DNA of 63,656 nucleotides, the filler included, from Sphacelaria rigidula (Eukaryota), in the NCBI GenBank assembly GCA_964200075.2. It is 11 parts of 11 records of this genome, joined end to end, with 100 filler letters (N's around TTAATTAATTAA, not from the genome) between each part and the next. Parts side by side here need not be neighbours in the genome. Positions count along the whole stretch, not along the records: positions 23,187 to 28,882 come from CAXNAA020025177.1; positions 28,983 to 34,678 come from CAXNAA020025178.1; positions 34,779 to 40,474 come from CAXNAA020025179.1; 8 more parts are not named here. One strand, 5' to 3'. The position numbers were made by a program, and so were the translations under genes. The notes under the pieces are model-generated. The model was given only the letters and a program-made list of their open reading frames with translations, did no database searches and was not told the DNA's origin. Below are positions 24,531-36,180 of the stretch, one piece after another; position 1 is the first letter of the stretch; every line of letters starts with the position of its first letter.

Positions 24531-26291
24531 GTGAGTACCACAACTACACATTCCTTTCCCCCGTTCAGCCCCCTCTCCACCATGTTTAGTCCCATTTTCA
24601 TCCTGCCCTCTCGCATCTTCAATGCTTGCTTTCATCGGTGGCAGCCTTTTTTTTTGCAATCTACATGCCTCAGTGCAATCTCCAGCCTGCACGCTTGTTC
24701 ACGCCTCTTCGTTCCTTTACTTTGCCCCTTGCCCACATTCTTTCTACCGCGATGCGTTCAAAACACAGATGCCTACACTCGGAACGTGACGGACTTCGTC
24801 AAATCCGACATCAGCCATGTCAGCTTCCGCCAGCGTCTGTGACTCTTTAGGGGCTCCGGTTTTTTCGGCGTTGTGTTGTCTTCTGTATAGTAACGTGGTC
24901 AAACCAACTTCTTTCCGGTGCTTTTTGGGGGCCAAGATTGAGGGAGATCAGGAGTGTCCTAAGTTCTATATGGCCTCAGTTTCAACTATTTCCTATATAT
25001 CACGAATTTCCCGCTTCCAGGGCAAGAAGATATGAGTTTTTCGAACTTGGACCAGCTCTGGTTATTAACACCAAACTAGTAGTAGGGTAATCAACTCATT
25101 TGACGTTGATCTTGAGCCAATTCAGTTGATGCTTCGGTGATGAGGCTATTTCCTCATTTCCTTGAACCTGGGATCTTTTTCAATATTACTAGGTCTATTA
25201 CGGGATGGTTCTCGCTGCCTGCGACATTTCGATCCCTGCGTTTGCTGTTCCTACACGTATATGCAACAAAAGGTGGTAATTTGGTCGTCTAGATCGCATG
25301 CCGGTAATTAGCTGGCTTGCAATGTGTTCCTCGTAGTTTGATCGGTTTTTGCGCAGTCATTGTTTTCGTGTTCCGTGTTTGTGTCAAGACATCCTCTGTC
25401 GACTCTTGGTTTTATGGTCATCGGCGGTGAGTTCCTTGTACCCCGTGACCACGGGTCGGAGATAAATAACTCATGTAGTAAAGGAATTGAGCTAATGTGA
25501 CGTGAGCTCTAAAAATCGAAGACGACAGTACCCCGCCGGTGGGATTTGAGATGAAACGTGCCCATTCCATGTATTTTGCGCACGAATTACACCCGTGTCG
25601 TGCCTTTCTCGACTCCCCGTGAAAAAAAAAAATCCTCAAAGGACGAGCACGGCGCCTAAGCTAGCCGCAGTGCTATCAACAATACTTAAATACAAGTGCA
25701 CCGCGAGTGTACTTGATCGTCTGACATACCTGTGGGCCCCCTTTTTCGTCGAAGCATATCCCCCGCCCTCCTATCGCGCTTAGTAATTGAGTGCGAGCCT
25801 GGTCCGGCGAAAATCCGGCGTGCTTCGTCCCAGCTATGTAGGGGTACGAGGCCAATGGTCTTCTGGCTATGGCATGTATGATCATGAATACACCCCTATC
25901 GTAGAATGGCTCCCCTACCGGAACAACGTCGGCCGGACGAGCGTGCTATCCACGTTCGAGTCAACTGCGACCGGAAAGCGATTGATTTGAACACGTGGTG
26001 GGAACCAATAAAAAAAACACTCACAACCTAACCTCACGCGTGATGCCTTTTGTTTTCCTTAACGAAGCTACAGACACCCCAGGGAAGATGTTGTTTCATC
26101 CTCTCCTTGAATGCGCGCTGGGGTTGTAGCTTATCGTCAGGGTCTGTTGAATGCGAATGGCGATACCCCTGAAGAAGCGGGGGGTATGGTTAGAACGTGT
26201 TTTCCTTTTGAGAGTAGCGGGCCTAAAAATACGCCGGTAAAGGTATTGTTCAACCTCTTTCCCCCAAGTATGCTCCGTCTCGCAAGGGATG

Positions 26292-26674
26292 CACACGCGG
26301 CCATTCGGCTACCCCCATAAAAATCCTCTATCGCGATTTTCATCCTCTCGAGGGCGTAAAATACCCTCTAGAGGGCATTTCATCCCCAGGTGCGGTCATA
26401 AACAAATCCTCTGGAGAGCATCTGATGCTCCAGTGACTTCTGAGTTCTGAATCCTCCGAGAGTAACAAAAACGATGGTGCTCTGGACGGCCGGGTATCCT
26501 CCAAATTCCTCCGGAGGGCCGCGCATCCCTCCGGAGGCAAAACAAGCCTCTGGGGGCGTTTGATCCCACCCCTCTGGAGGGCCACGCATCCTCTGGGGGC
26601 GTTTAATTCCTCTGGAGGCTCGAAACGTTTACTGGAACAGAATATTTTGGGGAGTAGCCGAATCGCCGCGTGTG
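26292..26674. mobile_element. MITE with about 25-bp TIRs and an internal array of CCTCTGGAGG-like palindromes
   Basis: cacacgcggccattcggctaccccc ... ggggagtagccgaatcgccgcgtgtg; multiple cctc(t/c)(g/a)gagg units inside. Confidence 0.8.
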
Positions 26675-27334
26675 ATATGCGCGAAAACACCTTTTTGTAG
26701 GGCTGTGAACTGGACCAATTTGTACTGGCAGTTAAACTGCAACTGGAATTTAACAGGAACTGGTGATGAGGATTCCAGTTTGTCCCGTTTATTTGAAGCT
26801 TGCCGTTACCGACTATGTTCATACCATTTTTAGTATGGTTCGTTTATAACAAAAATGCTTTCATGATTACGAACAAAATGAGATTAATAGGATTGGGGTC
26901 TGCACCTGACAACAGAACACGTACTCACAGAACAGTACAGTACAGTACTCGTGGTCACTACACCTTGAAATGCTATTGCGGATAAATGTCAGGTTTATCG
27001 TTTCATAGCACAACATACATCTGGAATCAAAAATAGCACAAAAACGGTAATCCGAGAACAACAAAATACAAAGTACAACATGGCTTGCAATTCAACTGCA
27101 TGGATACTTGTGGGTCCAGACGTCAATCATTTTGCGCTCTCATCTCCGCGTGTTGCCAGCCTTGGCTTGTTTGCATCGTCCTCTCCTCACGGAGAGTCTG
27201 CAGCTGCATAATATTACAGATGAGTGGTTTCGAATCGCTCACCGCTTCCAATGCGATTTGAATGTCATCCGAGAGTGCCCCCAAAAAAAACAATTCGAGA
27301 CCCTATGCCCCATTTTTTAATCCTGGAGTCTTTC

Positions 27335-27352
27335 GTGTGTGTGTGTGTGTGT

Positions 27353-27384
<32 letters not shown>

Positions 27385-27530
27385 CTGTGTGTCTGTGTGT
27401 CTGTGTGTGTCTGTGTGTCTGTGTCTGTGTGTGTCTGTGTGTGTCTGTGTCTGTGTGTCTGTGTGTGTCTGTGTCTGTGTGTCTGTGTCTGTGTCTGTGT
27501 TTGTGTGTGTTTGTGTGTGTATGTGTGTGT
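27335..27530. repeat. (GT)n/(GTCTGT)n compound microsatellite
   Basis: Seen directly. Confidence 0.95.
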
Positions 27531-28219
27531 ACTAGATCTTATACATAATTTAAAAATAAAATAAAAATAAAAATAAAATAAAATAAATAATATATAAAAT
27601 TTGAAAATCGTGTTCATGGAGCTTTAATTTTTCGCATACATACCTTCGGAGCCAAGAAAGTCAAGTTATATTTTTAATGGTTTTCGGCAATACATTGCAC
27701 ACCACACTTCCACGACAACAAAAAGACCAGGTAAATACCACAATGCTCTGCAATGCTTGCTCTATCAAGCTAGACGCAACTATCTGCACCGTCAATTTGC
27801 GCCCAATGTACGTTGCATCTTGTGGTGGCAGATAGGGCCAACAATCATGGGCGCTACCTCACCCAAGTCGCCCCAAAATGTCCATTTATTATTGAGTGTT
27901 TCTTAATGTGAAGAAAAACAATCCTGCGACCACCGAAGGGCGGGGTACATGAGATCTCGGAGGGTTTTTTGTCGGGCACTCCTGTGTCTCCCAAGACTTT
28001 AAGCTCCTCAATGTGAGGGGTCACATGTTCTACGAATTTCCACATTTTTGAAGGAAAAACAAGCCAAATACCGCAATTTTTCTCTCTAGCGGCTTCGCCG
28101 CTCGCCGCCGATTGTTTTCCAGGTAATCGGCGAAGCCGGCCAGAGCAGCCAGCTCACAGCCCTACCTTTTTGCCTCGATTTCGGGGTGAAAAAAGGGATG
28201 ATTTACGGCCCGATAATGT

Positions 28220-28720
28220 CAGGGCTCTTTACGTTACACGTTACACGTTACGTCACAAATGTGACGTATGAAAAATACGTTACGTCAAGTCACACTTTGG
28301 GACGTACGAAAAATTGTACGACGTCACGTCACATTTTGTACGGTTACGTTACGTTACGTCACACTTGTGACGTCTTAAAAAGTTGTACGTTACGTCGCGT
28401 CATCTTACGTATTTTGAAACGTTTCACGTAACGTGTGCCGTATTTTTTACGTTACACGTCACAATCGACCTTACACGTCACAACAAATGTTACACGTCAC
28501 ATTATTATACGTTTGTGATCTGTAACATATTTTGAAACGTTACGTTTGCGACGTGCCACGTATTTTGAAACGTTATTGTGACGTGTAACAAGTAATATAT
28601 GTTACGTTTGTGACGTGTAACGTGTTTTGGAACGTTGTTGTGACATGTGAGGACTAATATACGTTAAGTTTGTGACGTGTAACGTAAAATGAAACGTTAC
28701 ACTTGGACCGTGTTGAGGGC
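28220..28720. repeat. Array of ACGTTACACGTCACA-like motifs that switches orientation mid-way (subterminal-repeat-type element)
   Basis: Left half has acgttacacgtcaca units; right half has tgtgacgtgtaacgt units. Confidence 0.75.
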
Positions 28721-29004
28721 AAATGAACGCTACGTACAATGTTGTAAGATTTCATGTGCCGCAACTTGGCACGGGAGGTTCACGGTGGCTGCCTTGTTCG
28801 AGCATGAGGCGCGTTCTGCTCGCTATGTTGACATGTAAGAATGCGTTTCAGCTAGTGTATCGCTCATGCGTCCCTGACTCACNNNNNNNNNNNNNNNNNN
28901 NNNNNNNNNNNNNNNNNNNNNNNNNNTTAATTAATTAANNNNNNNNNNNNNNNNNNNNNNNNNNNNNNNNNNNNNNNNNNNNGCTGCTGCGGGGGGGGTG
29001 GGGG

Positions 29005-29228
29005 CGGGGGGGGGCATTTCGGGCCACTTCTTGCACGAAATTCCAAGTCGAATCGTCGCTGAAAGCAGCAACGATTGTTCAAATGAGCTTGTTGTAGATG
29101 AACAACGCTCATTCATACAGCTTGACACCGTTTTGGACCAAATACAAGCGCACCGCGAGTGTGGCGGGTCGTCTGACACACATATGGGCCTCTTATTGTG
29201 TACAATCGAATACCCCACCCCCCATCGA
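29005..29228 (+). mobile_element. G/C-tract-ended dispersed repeat, 'X family' (reverse copy at 52220-52437, partial at 25685-25776), followed by the related 'Y' module at 29229-29480
   Basis: gggccacttcttgcacgaaattc...cgcgagtgtggcgggtcgtctgacac is shared with the reverse copy; the Y tail ccgtctcgaa...caaacgactaag.cag recurs near 22545 and 52447, with its last part at 23187. Confidence 0.75.
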
Positions 29229-30133
29229 TGGCTCGGTGGCTATACTAGGAGATAAATAGTGGCCAGAGACGGCGAAACAGGACGGGGATACGATATTCAA
29301 AAGGTTTAGTGTGACGTATGGAAGAAACGTGATGAGCTACGGAAGAAACGTAATGAGCGCCGGAATGTTGGAGGTGTCTCTATTAGGAGTAGGAACGGTG
29401 CTCCGTCTCGAAAGGAATACGTGGTGATGATCAAACGACTAAGTCAGGCAACAAATAACCGCCCCACCCCCATCGTAGGAATACTCAAGCATGACCGTTG
29501 TGATGGATATCCCACTTTACTTGTTGAAGTAAATTGATTATGAACTGGCTGTGACCGTAGTGGCGGAGGTGGAGGTGGTTGTTCTTCATTTCGCTGTGAA
29601 GTTTGAAGAGGCACATCGGTTTTGAGGGAGGAGTGCTCCAGACCCGACTCTCACTCCAAGAATTGACTCTGAAAAACTTTTCATAGTGGAGCGTGTACCG
29701 TTACCGGCTTTCCCTCTTTCCACTCTGACTCTAAAATGCGAAGAAGCATTTTTCCAAACTCTGCATCACTTTGCTGAAGCATCCAAGATACGGCACGTAA
29801 GCTACGTTAGTGCGCCGAACTGTACCTTGCCTAAACTGAACAGTACATGAAAACGGCTACCTCGAATCGTCACAATCAACATGTCGTCATTTACTGTGAT
29901 CGGCAGACACATACCAAACCTGAATGGACAGTGTTGTCTGACATCGCAGTATTTTGACGTATTTGGTGTGTCGAGGGATATACGTGATGTATGGGTAATA
30001 GGTGGTCGACAAACATTGCCCACCGAGCTCACATTGTATGGCGCGCCCAGCCACAAGCTTGATTAATTTATTGATTGATTGGTTGTCGCATCTAAACTGA
30101 TCCCCCGGGAGACCAGCCGTGGTCGCATGATGG

Positions 30134-31057
30134 ACCGGCGGGCACTTTGCTATCGCCAAAGGGTACATGAGGCGCAACTTTCGCAGTCGCGCACATCGTA
30201 GAGGGTGTCCCAATAGAGCCACCCTGCACAAGGTCGGATCCAATATACTTTGTGACAGCACATATGGAATTCGTACACCAGAGGCTGCTCGAAAATAATC
30301 CTCGATTTGTTTGTCGAATTTTTGGTGACAGTGAACATGCGGCATGTACCTTCAACCTCTATACACAATTTCTTGAAAACCCCGTCGTCAGATCTGTACT
30401 ATGCCTGCATTTGCATTTTCATAGCTTGGCCGTGTGGTCATATACTCGACGTCAATAAAAGGGACTTGTACAGCAGAGGTTGTTGAAAAATTCTCGTGTT
30501 GCCCAATTGATATGAATTGAGGGGCAAGACGACGGGTATTGGACAATCTCTGCCGTTTAAACGTCGTACGTTGACAACGGTGCAGCACTTCGAATTTGAA
30601 CCGCAGAGGCTGCCCGCAAGTCTACCTCTTTCGCAATTTCTGGATGAATGGTCGGGGAAATCGAGGACTTTCGAGCAGCATCTGCTGTGGAAGTCCCACA
30701 CACTAGTATGTGGGATTTGAACAGCAGAGGCTGCTCGAATGAAATCCTCGCTCTGCCCTGTTTCCAGAATGTGCAAAACGGGGATTGAATCGCTGTACGA
30801 TTTCCATATGTGCTGCAACAAGCGAGTGTATATCAGACCCTGCCATGGTTCTGACCCCCATAAGGTGCTGTGTCAACACCCTGTACTGTCATGGTGTTCA
30901 CGCCCACAAAATGCCGTGTCAAGCAACCTTCTACAACCGCGCACATCGGAGAGGGTCGTCAGAGGGTTCTGGACCTTGTAGAGGGCCGCCACAGAGTCGC
31001 CCACAACGTCTCCACCTTCGGAATGTGGTCGCGGGGTGTAGCAAAGTGTCCACCTGT
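30134..31057. mobile_element. About 920-bp non-autonomous TIR element with nested internal inverted repeats
   Basis: accggcgggcactttgcta / tagcaaagtgtccacctgt termini; internal pairs cagcacatatggaattcgtaca / tgtacgatttccatatgtgctg and ttcgagcagcatctgctgt / acagcagaggctgctcgaa. Confidence 0.7.
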
Positions 31058-31063
31058 GACGTA

Positions 31064-31093
31064 CCCTAACCCTAACCCTAACCCTAACCCTAA
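31064..31093 (+). repeat. Interstitial telomeric repeat (CCCTAA)5
   Basis: Five perfect ccctaa units. Confidence 0.9.
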
Positions 31094-34000
31094 GCAAGTG
31101 AGACAAACCAATACGGAAACACTTGCTGAAGAAAAAGAATCAGGAAAGAAATATAGTAGACTAATAAGCTCTGCTTCAAAGTAAGAAATTGGTCAATCCA
31201 TTACTGGTGCCAGAACCATCCAACAGATATATCGCACCGTCGTGGGGTTGGAGTCTGCGCTCCACGAAATGTCCGCCAAACCCGAGGTGTCCACCAACCA
31301 TGCCTCATCGTCCGCAAACATTGGGGTCCACGTGTGAGAGGAGCCCATGCATCGGATCTTGGGTGGAGGGTCAAAGTCGCGTGCCTGTTGCACGGTGGAA
31401 GAGGTCAACGGGTAGGCAGGTAAGGCGAAGGACTTGTCGGGAGATGGCAATCATCTAGCATCGATGCAACGAGACGCGTAGTGCCAAAAGTCGTCTGAAC
31501 CTATGATTACCGAAGGTTACGGCAGTCATCTCACGTCTTTGAATGTACTCCCGACAGACAAATACGAAGGTCACGGGGGAGCCAATTCTCGGACGGGCGG
31601 GAACCAATCATAGATGGCCGCACAGCACATTGGAGGGTAAACGTAAATGTGTTGGTATTTTCGTGTGCGTCACCGCACCTACACGAACATCCGCTCTCTC
31701 CGAGGCAAAAATCAAACCCAACCGTCGTACGCAACGGTCGGGTATCCCGGCAGACGCGCCTGCCAGCACACCTTGTTCCTCTCCTATGTACTGGATTCGT
31801 GTGAATACCACGTGCTGATTACACGTCCCAGTGTATTGTGCAATGAGACAGGCCGTCACGTTGATACGCCAATGAAACGTCATGTTCATGTTTGACACGC
31901 GCGTTTCACGTCGGAAACCCGAACATACAGCATGATCATGACTTTTTCTTCAAAAACATGCGGTAGGGAGCCGATATCTAACCTCGGCGAGAATATCTGC
32001 GATATCCTCGACCGACGTCGGTCTGTAAACCCTGGCCGGTGCCGATTGCTGGGTAGATGCCCAGTTCCTGAATTCCCCCTCGATGCTGATTTTTCTCGGT
32101 GCCAATGCGCCGAGGTCGGGAAACCCCCCTGAGAGAACGAAAATCACGCGTTGAGCCGAAACGTTTCACGGCAAAAAAGTGTATGTAAGGTAACATCACG
32201 TCGTCAGTTACTGAGCGAAACGAGCGACGAACGAAAGTAGTACTCGCGTAGCACATGTGGGGTGCGGAAAGCCGAGGTGCAATACTACCCCCTGTCCAGT
32301 CCCGGGCCTTATTGACATAAACAAAATCAACCCACCCGCTGTATCCACTAGATGTCTCTCGATATAACGCAAGGCGGTGGAAAACGGCCTCTGCGAGCGC
32401 CAACTGCAGTAATTCGCTTTGGTGTGAAATTTACAAGACAGCATTGTAGCAGCAAGCTCTTACTCCCAAATGATCGCGGAGTCTGTAGTTTATCAAACTA
32501 CACGTCCCTTGTGCTGCGCTCAAATTTCCCATTCCAAAGGTACCATCAAACTAGAGGCTCCCGATAAATTTACTGTTGAGTATACCGGGAAATTGAGCTT
32601 GAGAATCTTTTGCCGTCTTCTAGCGTCTTCGCGCAAAACCTTTCATCGGCACGACGTACATACGCGCGGTCAAGTACGCGGTTTCAGGCGCCTGCGCAAT
32701 TCGTCGCGTGCGGGTGGCTCCAAGCCTCCATATTATAGCTGCTTACGGCGGACACAAGTAGAGAATTTCGGAAGAAAACCAAAATTGATTCCAGCCAGCG
32801 TGGAAGATTTTGTGGCTCCCGAGTGGACGCTGAAAAGTCCGCAAGGCTGTGTCTTTTCGAGACAAAGGAAACGACCACAAAGTGGAGCAAGCGTCCGAGA
32901 GCGGCATGTTGATTGATCGCCGCACCCATAGACCCGCACGGCGGTCGATGCACTTGCTGCTTTGGGCGCTGAGGGTTACGGCGAAATTGTTGGCGCTGAG
33001 GGTTAGAACCCTAAGCTTTGGTGCAAGACGTCATAACCTCTCACAGCATGGCAATGCAGCCAGGTGCAGCACTGCTGGTGCGCTGTAGACTACGAATCGT
33101 TTGATCCAATATACTTACGCTCAAGGATTATAAGTGTAACAACCCGGGGGGCTGATCGAGTTTGCCCGCACCATCTGTTCCGCAAAAATATAACCTGTAC
33201 TCAGGGGGCTTGTACCTCGGCGAGGGATCGGATATAGACGGCCTGGTGCAGGTACTGTTGAAGCCGGTGCACTCGGTAGATAATCGAGATATTCGTGTAA
33301 TAACGTATGTGGATATTTGTCATTGTACCATATTGCGTCATTGTACAATGACGTGTCGTGAATAGGGGATACGTCACCCGTGTGTTTTTCCGGGAGGAGG
33401 AATATGCCCCACCTGTTCAGTGTGTGCGTGTGTCTATCTGAAGTGTAGATTTTGAGTGTGTTCTATGGGTTAATTTCATACATGATTCTTCGTCTCAACT
33501 GGCCATGACCGCCCTACCACTTTTCCTGACGATGCGCCCGGAGCGTGATGCATCCGATTATCGTTCACACCGTCTTCGTCCAGCTGAGGTTTGAAGGGGT
33601 GAGGGGCTCTACCCAATGTAACGTCGTGTACCCGCCGAGCATCTAAATTTCACGCAACATGACCAAGCGTATGCTGCCACCATGGCGGCGACCGGGAAAC
33701 CCTCTGCGATGCCAAGCGTAGCTAATTCATGACCGGTCCATTATCATAAGCATGACAGTCGCGATGGATACCTCACTTTATTGCTTGCTGGGGTATGTTG
33801 CTTGTGAACTGACTGTGGCAGTGGTGGTGGGAGTGGCTCCGTACGTTCCGTACTGAAGGCTGCAGAGGCGCATCGGATTTCAGAGTAGTTGTTGTTGTCT
33901 TCACATGAAAAATCGTTCCGATATCTGCGCGGTACATTCGTACTGGGCATCTGATGCGGACGCCTTCCGTGGTCACAGGCCAGCAAAAACAACAAGAAAA

Positions 34001-35589
34001 AACAAAGTAGACCCGGAGTAAAACTCACAAGACGCAATACTATCAAGTAGTAGGGTGCTCTAAAAAGGACTCTGATCAGGGGTCTGTCGAAAAACGATTT
34101 CTGGACACGTAGCCCCCCATATCGAGAATTTGAGTTGTTGAGAGAGGGGATACCCAGCTAGCTGTCCCCTAGTTTATAGCCGAGGCGTTGGCGGATGCGG
34201 TCAGCTACCGTGTACAACGATCCTTGGCATGGAGGTGGCTGAGATGGCGGACACGCCCCCCCCCAACCTTCAACCCTATGATTACATTTATGGCATCAGA
34301 CAACCATCAGGTCATCTTTCGTGTCGTTTGCCCCGAGTACCTGCCAGTAGTCTGGGCAAGTCTGGCGAGGCGTGCGAGAATGTTTCTGCTTTGGTTGCAG
34401 TCTGTCGCTAGCGTGCGCTCGTGTACATACATGTGTGTGAGCGTGGTCGGCATCCTGGGTCATCGGGACAGAGCAAGTAACGAGCAGAAGCGAGTATACA
34501 AACACCGGGAAGCCCACCAAACGTTTCGGTCTTTGTCCGTGTTCCGTGATCAGCTTCTTGCAACAGTGACGTCATTAACGAAAAAAAATCATGACAATGT
34601 TCGGGAAACTGTCCTCCGAGGGGGGGGGGGGGGGGGGGGGGGGGGGTGTATAGTGTCGCACGCGTTTTGGATTAACCANNNNNNNNNNNNNNNNNNNNNN
34701 NNNNNNNNNNNNNNNNNNNNNNTTAATTAATTAANNNNNNNNNNNNNNNNNNNNNNNNNNNNNNNNNNNNNNNNNNNNTTCGGGACTCACAAGATTCCAA
34801 GATCTACTGGCCAACCTGAGGACATTTTACTCAGCTGATCAACAGATACGGGTGGAGCCAGATGTGGGTTTTAGACAATCCCAGAACACATTTCGAACAC
34901 CGGATCAAGCGAAAAAATTACAAGATCAATCCTCATTGTTTGGGGGGGGAGGGGGGACGTATCGCAGGGACTACTCATATCGACCTGAGTTTTTCTTCGA
35001 TCCTGATCTGCTTTTGTCCCGATAAGACACGACTTACTTGCACCAACTTATTTGCGACCCGGAAATGAATCGTACGGAAATGGGACGTTTGAACATTTGA
35101 AGGCGTTTTCTTCCCCGAGATGCGGGTTTAGAAGACCGCTCTTCCTCGGGAACATTGTCTAGGCTTGATGAGGCGGACCCAGAGCAATTTTCGGTTTCTT
35201 CCGCACGTTGTATTTCGATACGGACCCACCTTCCCATTTTGGTTTCAAGCCTTCGAAATTGATATTTGACAGGAAAATACCGAACATCATATGTGACTGC
35301 TTCTATTCACACTACTCTCATGGAGCCGATCCATATTCAGAGAATAGATGACGAGCGGCCCAACACGGTGAAATCATGTCGTGTCGAAGAAAACGACGAA
35401 ACATCACGGAATTCAGAGTACGATACAAGAAAGACCGTGGAGCATATTGCTAGTTTGTGTTTCGAGGAGCTGCCCACTCTGTCAACCAAACGAAGGAAAG
35501 TTTCGGCAAATTTCGCCCCCTGATTCACATAGTGGGCAGCTTGAGCAACTGCGGTCTAGTAAGATACCCCGTGGTCTTTGATACTGCAC

Positions 35590-36180
35590 TCGATATTCCT
35601 AGCTCCGTAGAGACGGCTCTACTCATTAGCGCGGCAGGTCAACGTTATCAGCAGACGGCCAGGTTTGTCTAGCTTGGTGGTGCTGTCAGCGCGGACACGG
35701 AGGTGAACAATTCCATCGAAATCAACCGCCGCATCAGCACTGAGTGGGCACGCCTCCAAAAATATACTTTCGACCTTTACGATCGGCCCGGCCACTAGCT
35801 ATCTCCAAACATCCGACGGCTTCAAGCGGAGGTGGTGAAAGCTGTGCTACGTGGACGCTGCGCTCATAGGACTTCAAGAGTCTGCGCATTGCCCGCAAGA
35901 AGCTTTTGCAGAAAATGGTGGGATTCCGCAGGGAGGAGCGAACTGGATTCAAGACTAATTGTACAAAGATAAGCTCGACATGACAACCTACCTGCTGCGA
36001 ACGTATCGAGACGCATGCGCAAGCGTCAAGTCTGGTTCGCGGGGGCCCCGGTCCGGTAGGACGAAACAGGTATTCCCAAAACGTATCATGCTCGGGCGGT
36101 CAGCGGCACAAGAGACGTAGGAGGCTGATCATTCCCACCAAACACTGGGAGAAGAACCTCAAGGAGAACCTTCCATGCGA
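35590..36180 (+). mobile_element. Decayed RTE-clade LINE, C-terminal reverse-transcriptase region
   Basis: Translation across stops/frameshifts gives AAGQRYQQTARFV*LGGAVSAD...IEINRRISTEWARLQKYTFDLYDRP...TWTL...RKRQVWFAG...IPKRIMLG, the recalled RTE F.YLG / EI..RI / TW.L / W.GH / LPK..M.G succession. Confidence 0.8.

Noticed and set aside
27224..27617. VC-/TH-repeat ORFs, and poly-L/T/N/Y ORFs at 46319-46619 and 51805-52122
   Set aside because: They are translations of microsatellites and N-runs
31193..31450. FADD motif in a minus-strand ORF as a LINE RT active site
   Set aside because: No other RT motifs are recognisable around it; a four-residue match can arise by chance
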